27,718 bases of DNA from assembly GCA_015064885.1 (NCBI GenBank), contig SVRJ01000030.1, positions 1-27,718 on the forward strand, in the 5' to 3' direction. Made by a program: the position numbers and the translations under genes. This stretch comes from Oscillospiraceae bacterium (lineage in GTDB: Bacteria; Bacillota; Clostridia; Oscillospirales; CAG-272). A model generated the notes under the pieces. The model had not been told where the DNA came from. It did no database searches and saw only the letters and a list, made by a program, of their open reading frames with translations. The stretch's first letter is position 1, and every line of letters begins with the position of its first letter. Shown here one piece after another: positions 1-9,921 of the stretch.

Positions 1-1634
1 GCTGAAAGGATCTGCATATAATATTCTGCAGGAGATACAGTTGCGGAAAAGAAGACGGCAGAGTGCGAAAACGCGAGCCTTTCACCGATAGAAAAGGACG
101 GGTCCACGCACATGCATTTGAAAAGGATCTCCTTGTCTTCTATCTCTATATAGTATCTCATTCCGTCACGCTCTTCCTCAAGTTGAGAAACGAACTGAGA
201 AAAATTTTTCAGGAATGCTTCTGCTGACTCATATATGCCCGTACCCTTAAAATCGTCACAAAAATCGGAAAGCTTCTTTTTGAGCTCGAGAGAGGCTGAA
301 TACAAGCCTTTAAACGGAGCATCGGATATATAGAAGCCTCGTTTTACGCCTTTTGGATCAACTATAATACTGTCGTCACAGAGGTGTGACACTTTTTTAA
401 GTGTCTTTGCAAAGCTGTTTATATCGTTTTTTATTTTTCCGAAAAGTACTTCTCCGCCCTCTTCACGGCAGGCCTCGGAAAGCTCTGCAAAAAGATTCAC
501 AACGTCTGACATTCTGAGCTCTGATGAAAACATCTCCTTGGCACGCGAAACAAGATTATGCGCCTCGTCAATAAGAAAAACGTATTTTCTTTTGGGAGCG
601 TTATCGTCAAAATAGCGTCTTATTCTCACCGCGGGATCGAACACGTAATTATAATCGCATATAACAACTCCGCACATCTCCGAAAGGTCGAGAGAGAGCT
701 CGTACGGGCATATATTGTATTTTTGTGCTATCTCACATACAGTCTCACTCGAATATCCGTATCGTGATGAAATAAGCTCGTATATAGCCTCCTCGCTTCG
801 TGAATAGTAACCCTTCATAAGCGGACAGTTAAAGGAGTCGCACTCACCGTCAAAAATCTTGCTTTGAGGGCAAATACGCCTTTTGGCAGAAAGTTGGACG
901 CACCTGACCTTTGCGCCGCTCATGAAGAGTTTTTCGCAGGCCTTGAAGGCTTCGTTCGCAGTGCTTCCCTTGGCAGTGAGATAAAATATCTTATCACAAT
1001 ATCCTTCACCCATGGCGCGCACTGATGAATAGAGAGCGGATATAGTTTTACCGATCCCCGTAGGGGCCTCTATCAGAACTCTTGTGCCGTGCTTTATTGC
1101 GCGGTATGATCTTTTTATAAATTCCTCTTGCCCCACGCGCACGGATCTGTACGGAAATTTTAAAGAGCGCAATGTAAGCGCAGATTCTTCGGCAATCTTT
1201 TTTTCTATATAATATTTTCTGTGTATCTTCCGCATCAGTTTCTCAAGCTTTTTCTCCGCGAGGGCAGAGTTATAGACGCTTTCGAAGCAGATACGATCAC
1301 CGTTTTTGTCGAGGAACACGAGGATCTTGACAAGAGATTCTCTCCTATCACCCATAAAAGCGGACGCAGTAAGAGTGCTCAGCGCATTTATATACTGCTT
1401 GCTCACCACGGCGTTCTCTCTGTCGGTTACGTTCAGTGACACGGTACGTATTCCGTCACACTCTCCGACCTCACCGAATGCTTTTATTTTATATAAGACG
1501 TCCGCATAGGTAAACGAGATAATGAAGAACTCGTCCGTATCCTTCTCTGCGACAAAGCAAAAGTGCTCATTACCGAAAGCACATACGGAGGCGGCTGCAG
1601 CTACGCTTAATTCTATTTTTTCCTCGTTCAGCAT
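1..1634 (-). CDS. ATP-dependent DNA helicase, DinG/Rad3(XPD)-like FeS family. Partial: N-terminal ~545 aa, C-terminus lies beyond window start.
   Basis: Manual translation of the minus strand from the ATG at 1634 (RBS GGAAGGAG 9 nt upstream). Walker A 'IEAPTGIGKT' at about aa 186. Four-Cys cluster (C..CDSFNCP) typical of the XPD/DinG FeS domain. No stop before the window edge. Confidence 0.8.
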   Translation of the reverse strand, partial: MLNEEKIELSVAAAASVCAFGNEHFCFVAEKDTDEFFIISFTYADVLYKIKAFGEVGECDGIRTVSLNVTDRENAVVSKQYINALSTLTASAFMGDRRESLVKILVFLDKNGDRICFESVYNSALAEKKLEKLMRKIHRKYYIEKKIAEESALTLRSLKFPYRSVRVGQEEFIKRSYRAIKHGTRVLIEAPTGIGKTISALYSSVRAMGEGYCDKIFYLTAKGSTANEAFKACEKLFMSGAKVRCVQLSAKRRICPQSKIFDGECDSFNCPLMKGYYSRSEEAIYELISSRYGYSSETVCEIAQKYNICPYELSLDLSEMCGVVICDYNYVFDPAVRIRRYFDDNAPKRKYVFLIDEAHNLVSRAKEMFSSELRMSDVVNLFAELSEACREEGGEVLFGKIKNDINSFAKTLKKVSHLCDDSIIVDPKGVKRGFYISDAPFKGLYSASLELKKKLSDFCDDFKGTGIYESAEAFLKNFSQFVSQLEEERDGMRYYIEIEDKEILFKCMCVDPSFSIGERLAFSHSAVFFSATVSPAEYYMQILS

Positions 1635-1741
1635 GGCCACGTCTCCTTCCGGTGAAATTTCCATAATTTTAGGGGTTACATTTTTTACGCTTTAGCATTA
1701 TAATATTAATAGAGGTCAGACTTCAAAAGATGGAGGTAATT

Positions 1742-2353
1742 ATGGAGTTGATAATAATAAGTGATAAAAAAATGAAAATAATGCTCACAGAGAAAGAACT
1801 TTACCGATATAATCTCGATAGTGAAAATTTCAGCTTGGAAAACGATGCACAAAGGCATGCTTTCCGTCGGGTGCTGAACGATGCATGCAGGCAGAGCGGA
1901 TTTGAAAACAAGCACTCACGTCTTATGGTACAGATGTATCCCGGAAAAAAAGGAGGCTGTGAGATCTTTGTAACAAGAATGGAATCAGGAGACGGCGACT
2001 CAAAAAAAGCATCACTGTTATCCCCCATATCTATAGACCTTGACTGCTGCGAAACTAACGGCGACGTGGCGTGCTATTCATTCGGATGCTTCTCACATCT
2101 GAACGTTGTATGCAGACAGCTTCAGATATCCGGTTTTGCGGGAAACAGCAATGCTTACGTTTCGAGTGACGGTACATATTATCTGGTGCTCAGCGGATTC
2201 TTCTCAAAAAACACCCAAGAAAAGCCGTACACTGACATATCGTTTATAAACGAGTTTGCCAAAGGTACCGGTCTGTGTGTACTGAGCTTTGCCGAGGAAT
2301 ACTGCAAAAAGATCTGCGATAAAAATGCAGTAAAGCTCCTCGGAAATATTTAA
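1742..2353 (+). CDS. mecA: Adaptor protein MecA (ClpC adaptor)
   Basis: The ~200-aa protein has an N-terminus 'MELIIISDKKMKIMLTEKELYRYNL' and a C-terminus 'YSF..YYLVL....AEEYCKKI' that resemble B. subtilis MecA. GGAGG lies 6 nt before the ATG at 1742; the ATG at 1730 falls inside the RBS. Confidence 0.55.
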   Translation: MELIIISDKKMKIMLTEKELYRYNLDSENFSLENDAQRHAFRRVLNDACRQSGFENKHSRLMVQMYPGKKGGCEIFVTRMESGDGDSKKASLLSPISIDLDCCETNGDVACYSFGCFSHLNVVCRQLQISGFAGNSNAYVSSDGTYYLVLSGFFSKNTQEKPYTDISFINEFAKGTGLCVLSFAEEYCKKICDKNAVKLLGNI

Positions 2354-2973
2354 TTTAATCCGAATTTTATTCTTGCGGCGTCTGCTATAAGCTTCGCGCT
2401 GCCCTCAATGCCCATAACCGAGGAGTCAAGCATAATATCGTAATTATCATACTTTCCCCATTTGTTACCCGTATAATAGTTGTAGTAGTTCGATCTGCGC
2501 TTATCCGTCTTTTCGATAAGATCCTTAGCCTCGGATGCGGATATCTGATTTCTGTCACTGATGCGGGCTATACGCTTCTCTGTGGGAGCATATACATATA
2601 CTCGGAGTATAGAACCCGTATTTCTCAAGGCGTAATCCGCACAGCGTCCTATAAAAACAGCATTTTCCTTTTCCGCTATACCTCTGATAATATCAGACTG
2701 CACCGCAAAAAGCTTATCGTTTATAGGTGAATCGTATCTTATATTGGGCATACCGTAGAGAGTAGATCCCATAGCAAGCGTATAAAGAAGACTTGAAGGA
2801 TGCTTTTCATCAGCCAAATTCAAAACGTCTTCCGAATATCCGCTTTTCTGTGCCGCCATATTGATAAGCTCTCTGCCGTAGGCTTCTACACCCAACATTT
2901 CGCCGACTCTGAGTCCTATCTCACGTCCGCCGCTTCCGTACTGTCTTGCAATAGTAATAACGAAGTTACTCAT
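2350..2973 (-). CDS. Cytidylate kinase-like family protein (PF13189-type P-loop protein)
   Basis: N-terminus 'ITIARQYGSGGREIG', 207 aa, typical of the Firmicute cytidylate-kinase-like family. RBS AAGGAGG lies 9 nt upstream of the ATG. Confidence 0.75.
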   Translation of the reverse strand: MSNFVITIARQYGSGGREIGLRVGEMLGVEAYGRELINMAAQKSGYSEDVLNLADEKHPSSLLYTLAMGSTLYGMPNIRYDSPINDKLFAVQSDIIRGIAEKENAVFIGRCADYALRNTGSILRVYVYAPTEKRIARISDRNQISASEAKDLIEKTDKRRSNYYNYYTGNKWGKYDNYDIMLDSSVMGIEGSAKLIADAARIKFGLN

Positions 2974-3026
2974 ATAATCTATCCTCCTTGCCGTTATACG
3001 ATTATTTTTATATTTCCTCGTATATT

Positions 3027-3055
3027 ATTATAACATATTATCGCCAATTTGTAAA
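3027..3055 (-). promoter_or_regulatory. Sigma-A promoter (TTTACA-17-TATAAT) for the cytidylate-kinase-like gene
   Basis: Minus-strand reading TTTACAaattggcgataatatgtTATAAT, about 50 nt upstream of the ATG at 2973. Confidence 0.5.
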
Positions 3056-3145
3056 GAGCATTATAAAAAATATCCTTGAAAAACTTCTTTTATTTCTTCG
3101 AAGAACATATATTTTTTTAAGAAAAGTGCAAAAGAGGTCTTTCAA

Positions 3146-4711
3146 ATGATAAAAAAGGAGTATTCGTCCACAAGGACTCCGTCCGCGTTTTTTTATAACG
3201 GAATTTCTTCCACGGTATCGGCTATAGCGCTGCGGGCTTCTGCTATGCTCTTTAACGTGTATCTTTCTTCAACCGCCGGAGCAGGAGCCATGGGGCTTTT
3301 ATCCCTTGTATACAGTGTTTGGGGCTTTGCACTTACTCTCGGATGCGTTTCGGGAGGTTTTTTGTCCTCTCGGATATACGCAAGTGAATCTTCTCTCGGT
3401 GGTAACGTATACCGCGGAAGTTCAATGTGTGTCCGTTTCACCTTTATATGCGGAGCATTTATCGGTACTTTGCTTTTCTTTGGTTCGGATGCACTTTCCT
3501 TTTGGGTGCTTGAAGACGCAAGGTGCTCGATTCCTCTTAAAATATTGGCTTTTTCACTTCCCTTTATTTCTGCAAGCGGAGCTATCGAAGGGTATTTCAA
3601 CGCCTGCACCAGATCATATAAAGCCGCAGGAATGAGAATGTGCGAGCAATTGATACGCATATCGGTCACAGCTTTCGCATTTCTGCTTTTAGGTCACAAA
3701 AACGACCGTGATGCCTGTATAAATATCGTTTTGAGCGGAGCAATAACAGAAATAATTTCTTTTACTTTACTTCTTGCACTTTTTATACGCGACAGATGCA
3801 CCCACCTTGAAAAAACAACTTCCCCCGCAATATCCACATACAGAGAGATGGCCTCTCTCGTTCTTCCGTTAACGCTCAGCACAGGTATGCGCTCGGCCTT
3901 AACTTCTATAGAGCATATAATGATCCCAAAGGGGCTTGTTTCTCACGGCAGTGCGTATAACGATGCGCTTTCTCTTTTCGGAACGATACACGGAATGGCA
4001 TTGCCCGTGGTGCTTTTTTGTTTTTCGGTTCCATCTTCATTTGCTTCACTTCTCATTCCGAGGATAGCAGAGCTGAGCGCTCGCAAAAACAAAAAAGAGA
4101 TCTCCTACGTTGCCGGCAGGGCCTACCGCCTCGCCACATGCTTTTCCTTTGCAGTCGCGGCATTTATTATACTCTCTTCAAAGGTTCTCGGAAATATACT
4201 CTACCCGGGTACGTCGGCAGGTATATACGTATACGTTCTTGCCCCTCTTATCCCAATAATGTACATTGATTCGGTAAGTGATTCTTTTTTAAAAGGGCTT
4301 AACTGTCAGCTGTATTCTATGAGAATAAACATAATAGACTCGATCATAAGCCTTGTATGCGTAGTTTTTCTTATTCCCCGCCTCGGTATCTCGGGATATA
4401 TTGTCGCAATATATGCAAGCGAAACATTCAACACGTGCGCAAGCCTTGTAAAGGTACTGAAAAAGACCGGCTACAAGATACCGGTTACAAGATACGTTAT
4501 AATACCTTTGCTTTGCGCGATCTTCTCGGCAAAGCTGACAAAAGGCGCGTATATATTGCTTTGCACACATCACAGCGGATTGCTTTTTCCTTTGCTTTCG
4601 GCTGCAGTATTTTTTACTGCAACATATTTTATTCTGCTCACTCTGACAAGAAATATTACCGAGGATGAAAAAAGATGGATCAAAGTATTGGTAAAGTCAC
4701 CGATAAAATGA
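3146..4711 (+). CDS. MOP-superfamily polysaccharide/oligosaccharide flippase (SpoVB-like / Wzx-MurJ-like)
   Basis: 521 aa, about 14 predicted TM helices, with length and hydrophobic pattern like stage V sporulation protein B. RBS AAAAGAGG upstream. Confidence 0.55.
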   Translation: MIKKEYSSTRTPSAFFYNGISSTVSAIALRASAMLFNVYLSSTAGAGAMGLLSLVYSVWGFALTLGCVSGGFLSSRIYASESSLGGNVYRGSSMCVRFTFICGAFIGTLLFFGSDALSFWVLEDARCSIPLKILAFSLPFISASGAIEGYFNACTRSYKAAGMRMCEQLIRISVTAFAFLLLGHKNDRDACINIVLSGAITEIISFTLLLALFIRDRCTHLEKTTSPAISTYREMASLVLPLTLSTGMRSALTSIEHIMIPKGLVSHGSAYNDALSLFGTIHGMALPVVLFCFSVPSSFASLLIPRIAELSARKNKKEISYVAGRAYRLATCFSFAVAAFIILSSKVLGNILYPGTSAGIYVYVLAPLIPIMYIDSVSDSFLKGLNCQLYSMRINIIDSIISLVCVVFLIPRLGISGYIVAIYASETFNTCASLVKVLKKTGYKIPVTRYVIIPLLCAIFSAKLTKGAYILLCTHHSGLLFPLLSAAVFFTATYFILLTLTRNITEDEKRWIKVLVKSPIK

Positions 4712-4717
4712 GCCAAA

Positions 4718-4756
4718 AAAAGATGCTCATATAGATTTTTCCATATGAGCATCTTT
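4718..4756. terminator. Bidirectional rho-independent terminator between convergent genes
   Basis: 12-bp stem AGATGCTCATAT/ATATGAGCATCT with a 10-nt loop. Strong T-run on the minus-strand side, weaker on the plus side. Confidence 0.6.
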
Positions 4757-4768
4757 GCATAAGTATTA

Positions 4769-5476
4769 TCAAACAGAAAGCTTTTCTGTTATTTTCGGGA
4801 AAGCGGATTCAAATTCGAAATGCATATCAAGAAAATGACCGAACATTCTGATAAGCGGAGCATTTACCATTGTTATAATAACCGTTCCGACTCCTATTCC
4901 GTCAAATGAATGGTTGAGGAGGAGAGCAAGAGCAAGCGAAATAGCGAGCAGCAATATATCGTTGGCGAACTTCACCTTCTCTTCTCTTATCTTATACTTT
5001 TCAGATATCTCAACTACTATGAGCTCGTGTATCTGAAGCGGAAGAGTTGTTCTGAAAAGACAAGCTATCGAAAACGCGGTAATAAGCTCACCGAATATAA
5101 AGCATATGATCCTTGCCGCAAAAGTTGAATAAACACCTACTCCTCCAAATATCATAAGCCAAAAATCTATCAGAACTGACGAAATTATCGCCGCGCCGAA
5201 GCTATACAGATATCTGTGGTTAAAGCGTTCGACCGCAATAACCATTACTATCATAACAAAAAGCTGCCACAAAGCCTCTGCCATTCCGTGTGAGAACCAT
5301 TCTGCATAGTGCGCTATTTTGTGATGTAGAATATACGGAGGCGCCGCTATCATAGAAAGACCGAATCCGGATTTTATGGTAAGGCATACACCGAGTGCGC
5401 AAAATACGGTGCCTACGATAAATGCAAGCTCATTGCATTTTGTAAGTTTTTTCATTTCAAAGAAACCCAACCTCAT
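4769..5476 (-). CDS. Small integral membrane protein (YczE/YitT-like, uncharacterised)
   Basis: 235 aa with several hydrophobic helices and motif 'IKSGFGLSMIAAPPYIL'. Start is ambiguous: ATG at 5476 or ATG at 5455 (MKKLTK). Confidence 0.4.
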   Translation of the reverse strand: MRLGFFEMKKLTKCNELAFIVGTVFCALGVCLTIKSGFGLSMIAAPPYILHHKIAHYAEWFSHGMAEALWQLFVMIVMVIAVERFNHRYLYSFGAAIISSVLIDFWLMIFGGVGVYSTFAARIICFIFGELITAFSIACLFRTTLPLQIHELIVVEISEKYKIREEKVKFANDILLLAISLALALLLNHSFDGIGVGTVIITMVNAPLIRMFGHFLDMHFEFESAFPKITEKLSV

Positions 5477-5586
5477 ATTATTTTTAAAACACAGATATTA
5501 TAACACTTTTATTCCTTAATGTCAAGTGGCGTTTTGCACAAATCATAGTAATTCGCCCCGATTATTGTCGAATTTGATATTTTCGC

Positions 5587-5615
5587 TTGACTTAATGCGA
5601 TTTATATGGTATAAT
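5587..5615 (+). promoter_or_regulatory. Sigma-A promoter TTGACT-17-TGgTATAAT
   Basis: Consensus -35 and extended -10 about 40 nt upstream of the EEP lipoprotein start. Confidence 0.55.
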
Positions 5616-5657
5616 ATTTCTCGATAAAAACATTATCAAAGGATTTCAAGAAATAAT

Positions 5658-6548
5658 ATGAAAAAGCTAACTGCACTTTTAACACTGGTTCTTATACTTT
5701 CTCTCACGCTCATTTCCTGCATTGACGAAGGTAATATTTCAGATGATCAAACAGATGGAACGACGTTGGCTGACGCTTCCACACCCCCGGCAGCAGACAC
5801 GACCACCGCTTATGACACCACTACGGAAAGCCAAGAAGGGCTTCTCTCTCTTAATATAGGATCATACAATATTGCAAACGGAAAGCTTGTATCTCACGAT
5901 ATAAAAGTAATTGCAAACGATATTCTCTCAAAGGATCTTGACATAGTAGGACTTCAGGAAGTAGACAAATTCGCTAAACGATCGAAATACATAGACACAA
6001 TGGCTCTCCTTTCTGAGTATACCGGATACAAATACTATCACTATACTGTAGCAATAAATATCGCCGGAAATGAAGCGGTATATGGACAAAAAGGGGAATA
6101 CGGCACGGGTATACTTTCAAAATATCCAATTCTCGAAACGAAAAGCATTAAGCTTGAATCGGGAGGAAATGAGCAACGTATGCTCGGATACGCCAAGATA
6201 GACGTAAACGGTCAGATAATAAATTTCTATAACACTCATCTCTCATACGAGGATTTTTCAATACGTACAGGACAGTTCGAAACGATCGCAAGCTTACTCA
6301 AGGACAAGGAATACTGCATTCTCACCGGAGACTTTAATATCGCCGGCTTTGGAGAATTCAAATCTATACCCTTCCTCAACACAACGTGCAACGCAAACAA
6401 CTGGCTTACTACCTTCCCGTCAAACTCAAGCTCTATAGACAATATTCTGTTTTCAAACGAATTCGCTCTCGCTCAGAGCAAGGTTCTTGCCCAGGGACAC
6501 TCTGACCACAACATGCTTTATGCTACACTTAAATATAGATCCAAATAA
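5658..6548 (+). CDS. Endonuclease/exonuclease/phosphatase (EEP) family lipoprotein
   Basis: Lipoprotein signal peptide MKKLTALLTLVLILSLTLISC (lipobox LISC). EEP motifs 'GLQEV', 'TGDFN' and a C-terminal 'SDHN'. Confidence 0.7.
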   Translation: MKKLTALLTLVLILSLTLISCIDEGNISDDQTDGTTLADASTPPAADTTTAYDTTTESQEGLLSLNIGSYNIANGKLVSHDIKVIANDILSKDLDIVGLQEVDKFAKRSKYIDTMALLSEYTGYKYYHYTVAINIAGNEAVYGQKGEYGTGILSKYPILETKSIKLESGGNEQRMLGYAKIDVNGQIINFYNTHLSYEDFSIRTGQFETIASLLKDKEYCILTGDFNIAGFGEFKSIPFLNTTCNANNWLTTFPSNSSSIDNILFSNEFALAQSKVLAQGHSDHNMLYATLKYRSK

Positions 6549-6550
6549 GA

Positions 6551-6579
6551 AGATCCCGAGAATATCCTCGGGATCTTTT
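6551..6579. terminator. Bidirectional terminator hairpin
   Basis: 10-bp stem AGATCCCGAG/CTCGGGATCT with a 6-nt loop followed by TTTT. It sits between the convergent stops at 6548 and 6579. Confidence 0.6.
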
Positions 6580-7136
6580 CAGTACGGAAATTCATCCTCA
6601 TCGCTATCCTTATCATCATCGGGAAGAAGGTCAAAGGAATCGAACGGATATATCGGTGTTTCGGAGACAAATTCGGTTTCGACGTCCTTTTTTTTCTGTT
6701 GTTCTCTGGCGATCTTCAGCCATTGTTCCGCATAGTTCTCGGTAAGAGGAGAAAGCTCTGCGCGAAGGACGTATTCGCTTTTTTTATTTTTTCTTTTTTC
6801 CCACGCTTCAAACCAGGCAAGCCATACAATATGCTGCGCACCGTATGAACCGTCAAGAAATTCAGATATTGTTTTCATAGCCGCAAGCTCGATCTTTTCC
6901 GAGCAATCAAAATATTCAAGCAAGCAAAATGCGAATATTCGTCTGACCGGTTCGGAAGGATCGTCAAGCTTTTTGGAAAGCTCGTATTCCTTGTCCGGGA
7001 AATCTTCTTTTATTCTTACGCACGTATCCAGAACAGTTTCCATAGCCTCAAAGAATCTATCCGGTTCTTTTGCTCCAAAGCTATATGCCGACGCGGCCGC
7101 CGCAAGTTTTTCGCAGTACAAATCAAATGTTTCCAT
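6579..7136 (-). CDS. Hypothetical protein with acidic C-terminal tail
   Basis: ORF with alternative starts (TTG 7148, ATG 7142, ATG 7136). GGGGA lies 5 nt before the ATG at 7136. No recognisable family. Tail 'DSFDLLPDDDKDSDEDEFPY'. Confidence 0.45.
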   Translation of the reverse strand: METFDLYCEKLAAAASAYSFGAKEPDRFFEAMETVLDTCVRIKEDFPDKEYELSKKLDDPSEPVRRIFAFCLLEYFDCSEKIELAAMKTISEFLDGSYGAQHIVWLAWFEAWEKRKNKKSEYVLRAELSPLTENYAEQWLKIAREQQKKKDVETEFVSETPIYPFDSFDLLPDDDKDSDEDEFPY

Positions 7137-7159
7137 AAACATCCCCAAAATTTTAAAAC

Positions 7160-7183
7160 AGGGACCGGCACAGACCGGTCCCT
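7160..7183 (-). terminator. Rho-independent terminator downstream of glyQS
   Basis: 9-bp GC-rich stem AGGGACCGG/CCGGTCCCT with loop cacaga. On the minus strand it is followed by GUUUUAAAAUUUU. Confidence 0.6.
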
Positions 7184-7189
7184 TTAAAA

Positions 7190-8587
7190 TCAGAATTCCA
7201 ATGCTTTTTCAAGGTAAGCGCGAAGCTCGGTTATAGGAAGTCTTACCTGCTCCATTGTATCTCTGTCGCGGACGGTAACACAACCGTCATTTTCGGATTC
7301 AAAGTCGTACGTTATGCAGAAAGGTGTTCCTATCTCGTCCTGTCGGCGGTATCTCTTACCGATAGACCCGGACTCGTCGTACTCTACGTTAAAATACTTG
7401 GCAAGCTGCTCGAATACCTCTCCTGCCTGATCTGCAAGCTTTTTAGAAAGAGGGAGAACTGCTGCCTTAACCGGAGCAAGTGCGGGGTGGAGGTGAAGAA
7501 CAACTCTTGTATCGTTCTTTGCTTCGTCAACGACCTCTTCATCGTAAGCATCAACAAGGAATGCGAGGGCTACGCGGTCAGCGCCGAGAGAGGGCTCAAC
7601 AACGTAAGGAACGTACTTCTCGTTTGTTTCGGGATCAAAGAATTCCATAGACTCACCCGAATGATTTGCATGCTGAGTGAGGTCATAGTCTGTTCTGTCA
7701 GCAATTCCCCAAAGTTCACCCCATCCGAACGGGAAGAGGAATTCAAAGTCTGTTGTAGCCTTTGAGTAGAAGCAGAGCTCTTCGGGGCTGTGATCGCGAA
7801 GTCTGAGGTTTTCGGGCTTCATTCCGAGAGAATAGAGGAACTGTTCGCAGTAGTCCTTCCAATACTTAAACCAATCAAGGTCTGTACCGGGGCGGCAGAA
7901 GAACTCAAGCTCCATCTGCTCGAACTCTCTTGTTCTGAATATAAAGTTACCGGGAGTAATTTCGTTTCTGAAGGATTTACCTATCTGGCAAACACCGAAA
8001 GGCATCTTCTTACGTGTTGTTCTTGCAACGTTTTTGAAGTTTACAAAAATACCTTGAGCGGTTTCGGGGCGGAGGTAAAGCTCAGAGGTAGAGTCCTCGG
8101 TTACACCCTGATAAGTCTTGAACATAAGGTTGAACTTTCTTATATCTGTAAAGTCATCCGATCCGCAAGAGGGACACTTTATGCCTTCCTTTGCTATATA
8201 TTCTGCCATTTCGGCATTAGACCAGCCCGCAGGATTAACGTCAAGATTATTTTCAGCCGCATAGTCTTCGATAAGCTTATCGGCTCTGTGTCTGGTTTTA
8301 CAAGCCTTACAATCCATAAGAGGATCCGAGAATCCGCCTACGTGACCTGATGCTACCCAAGTTTCGGGGTTCATTATAATAGCGCAGTCAAGACCTACGT
8401 TATACTTATTTTCCTGTACAAACTTCTTCCACCAAGCCTTCTTTACGTTGTTTTTGAATTCAACGCCAAGAGGTCCGTAGTCCCATGAGTTTGCAAGGCC
8501 GCCGTAGATTTCGGAGCCGGGGAATATAAAGCCTCTGTTCTTGCACAAAGCAACGATCTTGTCCATTGTTTTTGCTCTGTTGTCCAT
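7190..8587 (-). CDS. glyQS: Glycine--tRNA ligase (class II, alpha2 type)
   Basis: 465 aa. '[20 protein letters not shown]', '[25 protein letters not shown]' and the C-terminal anticodon-binding region are characteristic. Confidence 0.95.
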   Translation of the reverse strand: MDNRAKTMDKIVALCKNRGFIFPGSEIYGGLANSWDYGPLGVEFKNNVKKAWWKKFVQENKYNVGLDCAIIMNPETWVASGHVGGFSDPLMDCKACKTRHRADKLIEDYAAENNLDVNPAGWSNAEMAEYIAKEGIKCPSCGSDDFTDIRKFNLMFKTYQGVTEDSTSELYLRPETAQGIFVNFKNVARTTRKKMPFGVCQIGKSFRNEITPGNFIFRTREFEQMELEFFCRPGTDLDWFKYWKDYCEQFLYSLGMKPENLRLRDHSPEELCFYSKATTDFEFLFPFGWGELWGIADRTDYDLTQHANHSGESMEFFDPETNEKYVPYVVEPSLGADRVALAFLVDAYDEEVVDEAKNDTRVVLHLHPALAPVKAAVLPLSKKLADQAGEVFEQLAKYFNVEYDESGSIGKRYRRQDEIGTPFCITYDFESENDGCVTVRDRDTMEQVRLPITELRAYLEKALEF

Positions 8588-8635
8588 TTGAATTTAACTT
8601 CCTTTCGAGATTAAATTATAATTAACTTTATTATT

Positions 8636-9769
8636 TTAATATTGTTTACGGTACGGAAGAAATGCGTTTATGGTCGCATCCTCGCTTACTTTAAATATCA
8701 GCTCTCCGTTTTCTGTGACTTCATTTCCGATAATATCTATCTGACGCTTTCCAAATGCGGAATACCCGTACCAAAGATCCTTATTATCAACAACGTCGTT
8801 TACAGTCATATCGGTTATAAAGTACTTTTGTACCTTTACGAAGGATGCACCCGCGGTCGCATATCCTCCGGGCTGGGTAAGCTTTGAGAGAAATGCTCTT
8901 ACCATATTCATACCGAAATGCTCGATATTCATATTCTGATCTTCGGTGTAACCGTTATAAAGAAGCATCTGCTTAACGCTTTCACCGTCAAGAGTCTGCT
9001 GACCCGCGTTGAAGCTGAAGTTGATTCCGTCCTCAAGACTTGTCTGCGACATATTAACAGAAAGATTTGTATCAATACCTTCTATTTCATCAACAAGATC
9101 ATCAACGTATTCCGAATGCAAAAGAACGTATCTGTCCGGACGTATTCCGGTTATTGAATGAACCGAATTGACTACTCCTTCTATTCCGCTACGGTAAAAG
9201 ACGTCACGCATGAGCAGTCTTTCATTTCCGTAATTTACAAGAGTGTTTGCGGGGAATGAGGTGAAGGTAAACTGTTTGTTCTCCTTATCCATACGAACAA
9301 GCAACGTCACGTCATTATGTACGGTTCTGTACGTGTTTTCTTCAAGTCCTCCGATTATATTCGGGGATCCGTCAAAAGATGTATCTTCACTTCCCTCCTC
9401 GGGAGGAAGAGGAAGACCTGAAACGTTATCCGGAGACGGTGAGACATCGTTTGGGAAGGGCGTTGCACCCGCAACACCTATACTGTTCTTAAGATACGAA
9501 TAATCATAGTCACCGTAGAAAGACGGTCTGTAGTCGGTTATGACCACCAATATGTAGAGAGAATTGCCTTCTATCTTAGTATTAAGAGCGGGGGGCAATG
9601 TAACCTCGTCATCTTCGGGCTCGGTTTCCGCGCTTCCGAACGGGTCAACGATAAATGCTCCGCCGATACTGTTTACAACGATGGCAACTACAAGAAAAGC
9701 CACAACACCAAAGGAGGCGAATGCTATTGCAAAAGAAATCAAAAAATTCTTAACTGTAGAAAACAACAA
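8636..9769 (-). CDS. LytR-CpsA-Psr (LCP)-like membrane-anchored protein, divergent
   Basis: TTG start. N-terminal TM helix, then an LCP-like core ('TLLVRMDKENKQFTFTSFPANTLV', 'ITGIRPDRYVLLHSEYVDDLVDEIEGIDTNLSV') with a Pro/Ser/Asp-rich insert. The family assignment is from recalled LCP patterns, not a search. Confidence 0.4.
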   Translation of the reverse strand: MLFSTVKNFLISFAIAFASFGVVAFLVVAIVVNSIGGAFIVDPFGSAETEPEDDEVTLPPALNTKIEGNSLYILVVITDYRPSFYGDYDYSYLKNSIGVAGATPFPNDVSPSPDNVSGLPLPPEEGSEDTSFDGSPNIIGGLEENTYRTVHNDVTLLVRMDKENKQFTFTSFPANTLVNYGNERLLMRDVFYRSGIEGVVNSVHSITGIRPDRYVLLHSEYVDDLVDEIEGIDTNLSVNMSQTSLEDGINFSFNAGQQTLDGESVKQMLLYNGYTEDQNMNIEHFGMNMVRAFLSKLTQPGGYATAGASFVKVQKYFITDMTVNDVVDNKDLWYGYSAFGKRQIDIIGNEVTENGELIFKVSEDATINAFLPYRKQY

Positions 9770-9806
9770 AACACATCCTTTCTTCGTTTAAAATATATTA
9801 CACTAT

Positions 9807-9835
9807 ATTATACTACATTTAAGATCTTTTTTCAA
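9807..9835 (-). promoter_or_regulatory. Sigma-A promoter TTGAAA-17-TATAAT for the LCP-like-glyQS transcription unit
   Basis: Minus-strand reading TTGAAAaaagatcttaaatgtagTATAAT, about 40 nt upstream of the TTG start at 9769. Confidence 0.5.
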
Positions 9836-9885
9836 GTACCTTAAGAATATTTTTATATCGTATTTGTAAATTTTCATCTTTTCGG

Positions 9886-9921
9886 TGAAAAAAGCACCGC
9901 CGCTCACTTATGAGCGGCGGT
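9886..9921 (-). terminator. Rho-independent terminator of the P-type ATPase gene
   Basis: 11-bp stem ACCGCCGCTCA/TGAGCGGCGGT with a 4-nt loop. On the minus strand it is followed by a U6 run. Confidence 0.8.

Noticed and set aside
558-1509. Small plus-strand ORFs (558-767, 1221-1439, 1306-1509) inside the helicase region
   Set aside because: They lie antisense to the helicase CDS and have no RBS.
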